The position numbers were made by a program, and so were the translations under genes. Shown here one piece after another: positions 61,948 to 64,000 of a stretch of DNA of 64,000 nt. Source of the stretch: an uncultured Acidobacteriota bacterium (GTDB taxonomy: Bacteria > Acidobacteriota > Vicinamibacteria > Marinacidobacterales > DATDRI01). How positions within the stretch are numbered: position 1 is the first letter of the stretch; each line of letters starts with the position of its first letter. The notes beneath the pieces were generated by a model that saw nothing but the letters and a program-made list of their open reading frames with translations, made no database searches and was not told the origin of the DNA. The DNA lies in the NCBI GenBank assembly GCA_963697355.1, contig CAVONV010000035.1, positions 252,960-316,959 on the forward strand, in the 5' to 3' direction.

Positions 61948-62603
61948 GCACAGACATGGATCGAGAACCGGACTTCCAAGAAAAAGAGCTGGCGTTTTTC
62001 GGCGCCGTGACTGCGTCCATATCGCACGACCTCAACAACGCCATAGCGATCATCGAACAAACGGCAGGTCTCCTGGAAGACCTCACGATGGCCCATGATG
62101 GCGAGCGGCCGGTTCCCAACGACCAACTCCAGAATATCGCCGAGCGCATCGCCAACCAAACCAAAAGAGGAGCAACCATCGTTCGGAGGCTCAACGCTTT
62201 CGCTCACAGCGTCGATGACGGCGACAAAGAGCTCGAGCTCAACGCATTGGTCGAGACGGTCATTGCTCTGGCCCATCGAGTCGCGGAACGCAAGCGCGTC
62301 CTTCTGGAGACTCGTATCGCTGAACAACCGGTCACTATAAGAAACAGTGCATTCCGTGTTCAGCAGGCTCTCTTCCTGTCCATCCAAAGAGCCGTAGCCG
62401 CAACACCCGAAGGGGAGACGGCCGTCCTGTCGACGGGAAAGGAAGACACCTCGGCTTGGATATCCGTGGAGGCGAAGCTCCCCAACGACTCTCCCCCGGC
62501 GAACGGGAGCGACCTCGAGTCACTGATGAAACAACTCGGTGGCAGAGTCGAGTCAAACACCAGCAAAGAGACTCTCTCGATTCGGCTGGTTTTTCCCGCC
62601 TGA
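61944..62603 (+). CDS. histidine-kinase-like protein with HisKA-type H-box but degenerate or absent ATP-binding boxes
   Basis: 219 aa. H-box-like SISHDLNNAIAII. No recognisable N, G1 or G2 boxes in the C-terminal half. 4-nt overlap with the upstream REC gene. Confidence 0.55.
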   Translation: MSTDMDREPDFQEKELAFFGAVTASISHDLNNAIAIIEQTAGLLEDLTMAHDGERPVPNDQLQNIAERIANQTKRGATIVRRLNAFAHSVDDGDKELELNALVETVIALAHRVAERKRVLLETRIAEQPVTIRNSAFRVQQALFLSIQRAVAATPEGETAVLSTGKEDTSAWISVEAKLPNDSPPANGSDLESLMKQLGGRVESNTSKETLSIRLVFPA

Positions 62604-62753
62604 CCAAGGGCACCTCGATGACCGGTGAGCGTCCATCCTGCCGTGGTCAAGCTGTCAAGCAGTAGGGCCGATTAGCCGCCGCGTTGGCACGAACCTTCGC
62701 GCCATCACCTTGGAGAAGGATGCCGGGGCCCGTGGCTCGAATCGCGGCCGAGC

Positions 62754-64000
62754 TCAACCTGACGATTCCTTCACTACTTCCAGCAGAGGGCAGTGCTCTT
62801 CTTCCGAGCCCGAATGGGCCTCATCGTAGATGCGATGTACGGCCAGGATCTGCGTGGGATAAATGTTGCTATCACCGATCGTTTCATAGACACTGTGTTC
62901 TTTGAGGACATCGAGAACATCGTCCGCCCAGCCGGAAAAGGCCACCTCGTAACCCGAGTCCCGAAGCCACCTCACCATCTTCCCCAGCTTATCCGCGCCG
63001 AGAGTATCGATCTGGTGGATCCGGTGCGAAGCAAAAAGCACCACCTTGAGGTCCGGCATGCTGGCGACATATTCCTCGACCTTCTGGAGAAGGACCTCTG
63101 AACCGGACGAGTCCAGGGAACCGTCGAATCGAAGCGCCGCAATGTGCCGACATCTATCGAGCCCCCATCTCTTGGCGTCTCGAAGCGAGCCGTCTGCATG
63201 GAGAGACAGCTCCGCGACATAGGGCCGGAGAGGCTGAAGCGGACAGTCCGTCTCAGTTGATTTGGCGTGTGCGTCGACGTAAATATTCCGAACGGCTTGC
63301 ACTTGTGTCGGATGGATGTTGCCCTCTCCGATGAGCTCGTAGAGGTGAAATCTCTTCAGAACATCGAGCACGCTATCCGAAACACCGCTGTAGCAAATTT
63401 CGAGTCCGGAATCCCGCAATCGACTGGTGAGCCTCGAAAGAGTCGCCGCTCCGTGTGGATCGATCTGATGGATACCGTGAGCCGCAACGAGGACGTGCTT
63501 CAATTCAGGCAGATTGACAATGAGCTCATTGACCTTCGCCTCCAAGTATTTCGAGCTGGCCAAGTCCAGCGAGCCATCGAATCTAATAGCGGCAATGTGC
63601 CGGCAACGACGGAGTCCGTACCGCTCGGCATCTCGCAGAGATCCATCCGTGTGGAGCGAAAGGTCGACAACCCGCGGCCTCATGGGCTGTAACGGGCAAT
63701 CGGTCTCCGTTGAGTTCACATGGGACTTCGCATAGATGGCAGCGACGGCCAAAGCTTGGGTCGGGAACATGTTCTGCTCGCCGATGCGTTCCTGCAGACC
63801 CGTCCTCGTCAGGGCATCTTGTACTTCTTCCTTGAGCCCACTAAAGGAAACGTCGTAGCCCGCTCCCCTCAGCCTCTCCACGAGGAGACGCAGCATGTCC
63901 TCACCGGAGGCGTCGATCTCGTTGATTCCATGGGCGACGATGAGCACATGGCGGAGCTCCGGCATATCGGCAACCAGCTCCAGGACCTTGTCTTCGAGAT
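62754..64000 (-). CDS. protein with at least 3 tandem SulP-type STAS domains (5' partial; continues beyond window end)
   Basis: Three ~143-aa repeats each containing IRFDGSLD...PELKHVL.AAHGI.QID...L.R....LRDSG......G....VLDVL.......IG..NI.PTQ, plus a fourth partial repeat at the window edge (...KVLELVADMPELRHVLIV). Confidence 0.6.
   Translation of the reverse strand, partial: LEDKVLELVADMPELRHVLIVAHGINEIDASGEDMLRLLVERLRGAGYDVSFSGLKEEVQDALTRTGLQERIGEQNMFPTQALAVAAIYAKSHVNSTETDCPLQPMRPRVVDLSLHTDGSLRDAERYGLRRCRHIAAIRFDGSLDLASSKYLEAKVNELIVNLPELKHVLVAAHGIHQIDPHGAATLSRLTSRLRDSGLEICYSGVSDSVLDVLKRFHLYELIGEGNIHPTQVQAVRNIYVDAHAKSTETDCPLQPLRPYVAELSLHADGSLRDAKRWGLDRCRHIAALRFDGSLDSSGSEVLLQKVEEYVASMPDLKVVLFASHRIHQIDTLGADKLGKMVRWLRDSGYEVAFSGWADDVLDVLKEHSVYETIGDSNIYPTQILAVHRIYDEAHSGSEEEHCPLLEVVKESSG

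Overview
This is a high-GC (roughly 58-60%) bacterial chromosomal segment with a dense protein-coding backbone. I call about 45 genes, and see no rRNA, tRNA, CRISPR array, transposase or integrase by eye. The content (an ADOP-type duplicated orphan FtsX permease, an Oar-like TonB-dependent receptor with a CarboxypepD_reg domain, a DUF2723 membrane protein, a BNR/sortilin-like hydrolase, GH2 beta-galactosidase and galK) suggests an Acidobacteriota-like soil heterotroph; this is inference only. Recognisable functional blocks are listed below.

- **156-4820 (-):** an operon of two secreted low-complexity/glycine-zipper proteins followed by a Ser/Thr kinase-TM-TPR protein.
- **5273-8105 (+):** a frameshifted, fused polytopic-membrane plus spermidine-synthase-like gene.
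- **10.7-14.5 kb:** an M14 carboxypeptidase and an amidase-CHRD fusion.
- **20.5-21.6 kb:** a CaCA Na+/Ca2+ exchanger.
- **22-32.5 kb:** a carbohydrate/peptide uptake neighbourhood (GH2 beta-galactosidase, TonB receptor, M18 aminopeptidase, galK) with an embedded RelE/ParE toxin-antitoxin pair.
- **33-38.7 kb:** a CzcCBA-type heavy-metal RND efflux operon whose czcA carries a 1-nt frameshift.
- **39.6-41 kb:** an EEP-phosphoesterase plus macro-domain pair flanked by simple-sequence repeats and a nested palindrome.
- **51.1-54.7 kb:** an oxidative-stress cluster (Fur/PerR, rubrerythrin, HdrD/GlpC-like CCG iron-sulfur protein, DUF3501-like protein, Tpx).
- **55.6-62.6 kb:** a multi-component signalling locus with three receiver proteins, a Cache-type histidine kinase, a kinase-like protein lacking ATPase motifs, and a SLC13/TrkA-C transporter.
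- **62.75 kb to the window end:** a partial gene encoding at least three tandem SulP-type STAS domains.

The most unusual non-coding signal is a dispersed family of 7-8 bp tandem arrays sharing the motifs TTGARTTC, GACTGCT, CACTGGT, CCTCCTT and AGCGAAGGCGGG. It occupies at least ten intergenic spacers in both orientations. Four genes show frame disruptions (spermidine-synthase-like, czcA, DUF4097, and a 5'-truncated DUF4143 fragment). These may be real pseudogenes or assembly errors; I cannot distinguish the two from the sequence alone.
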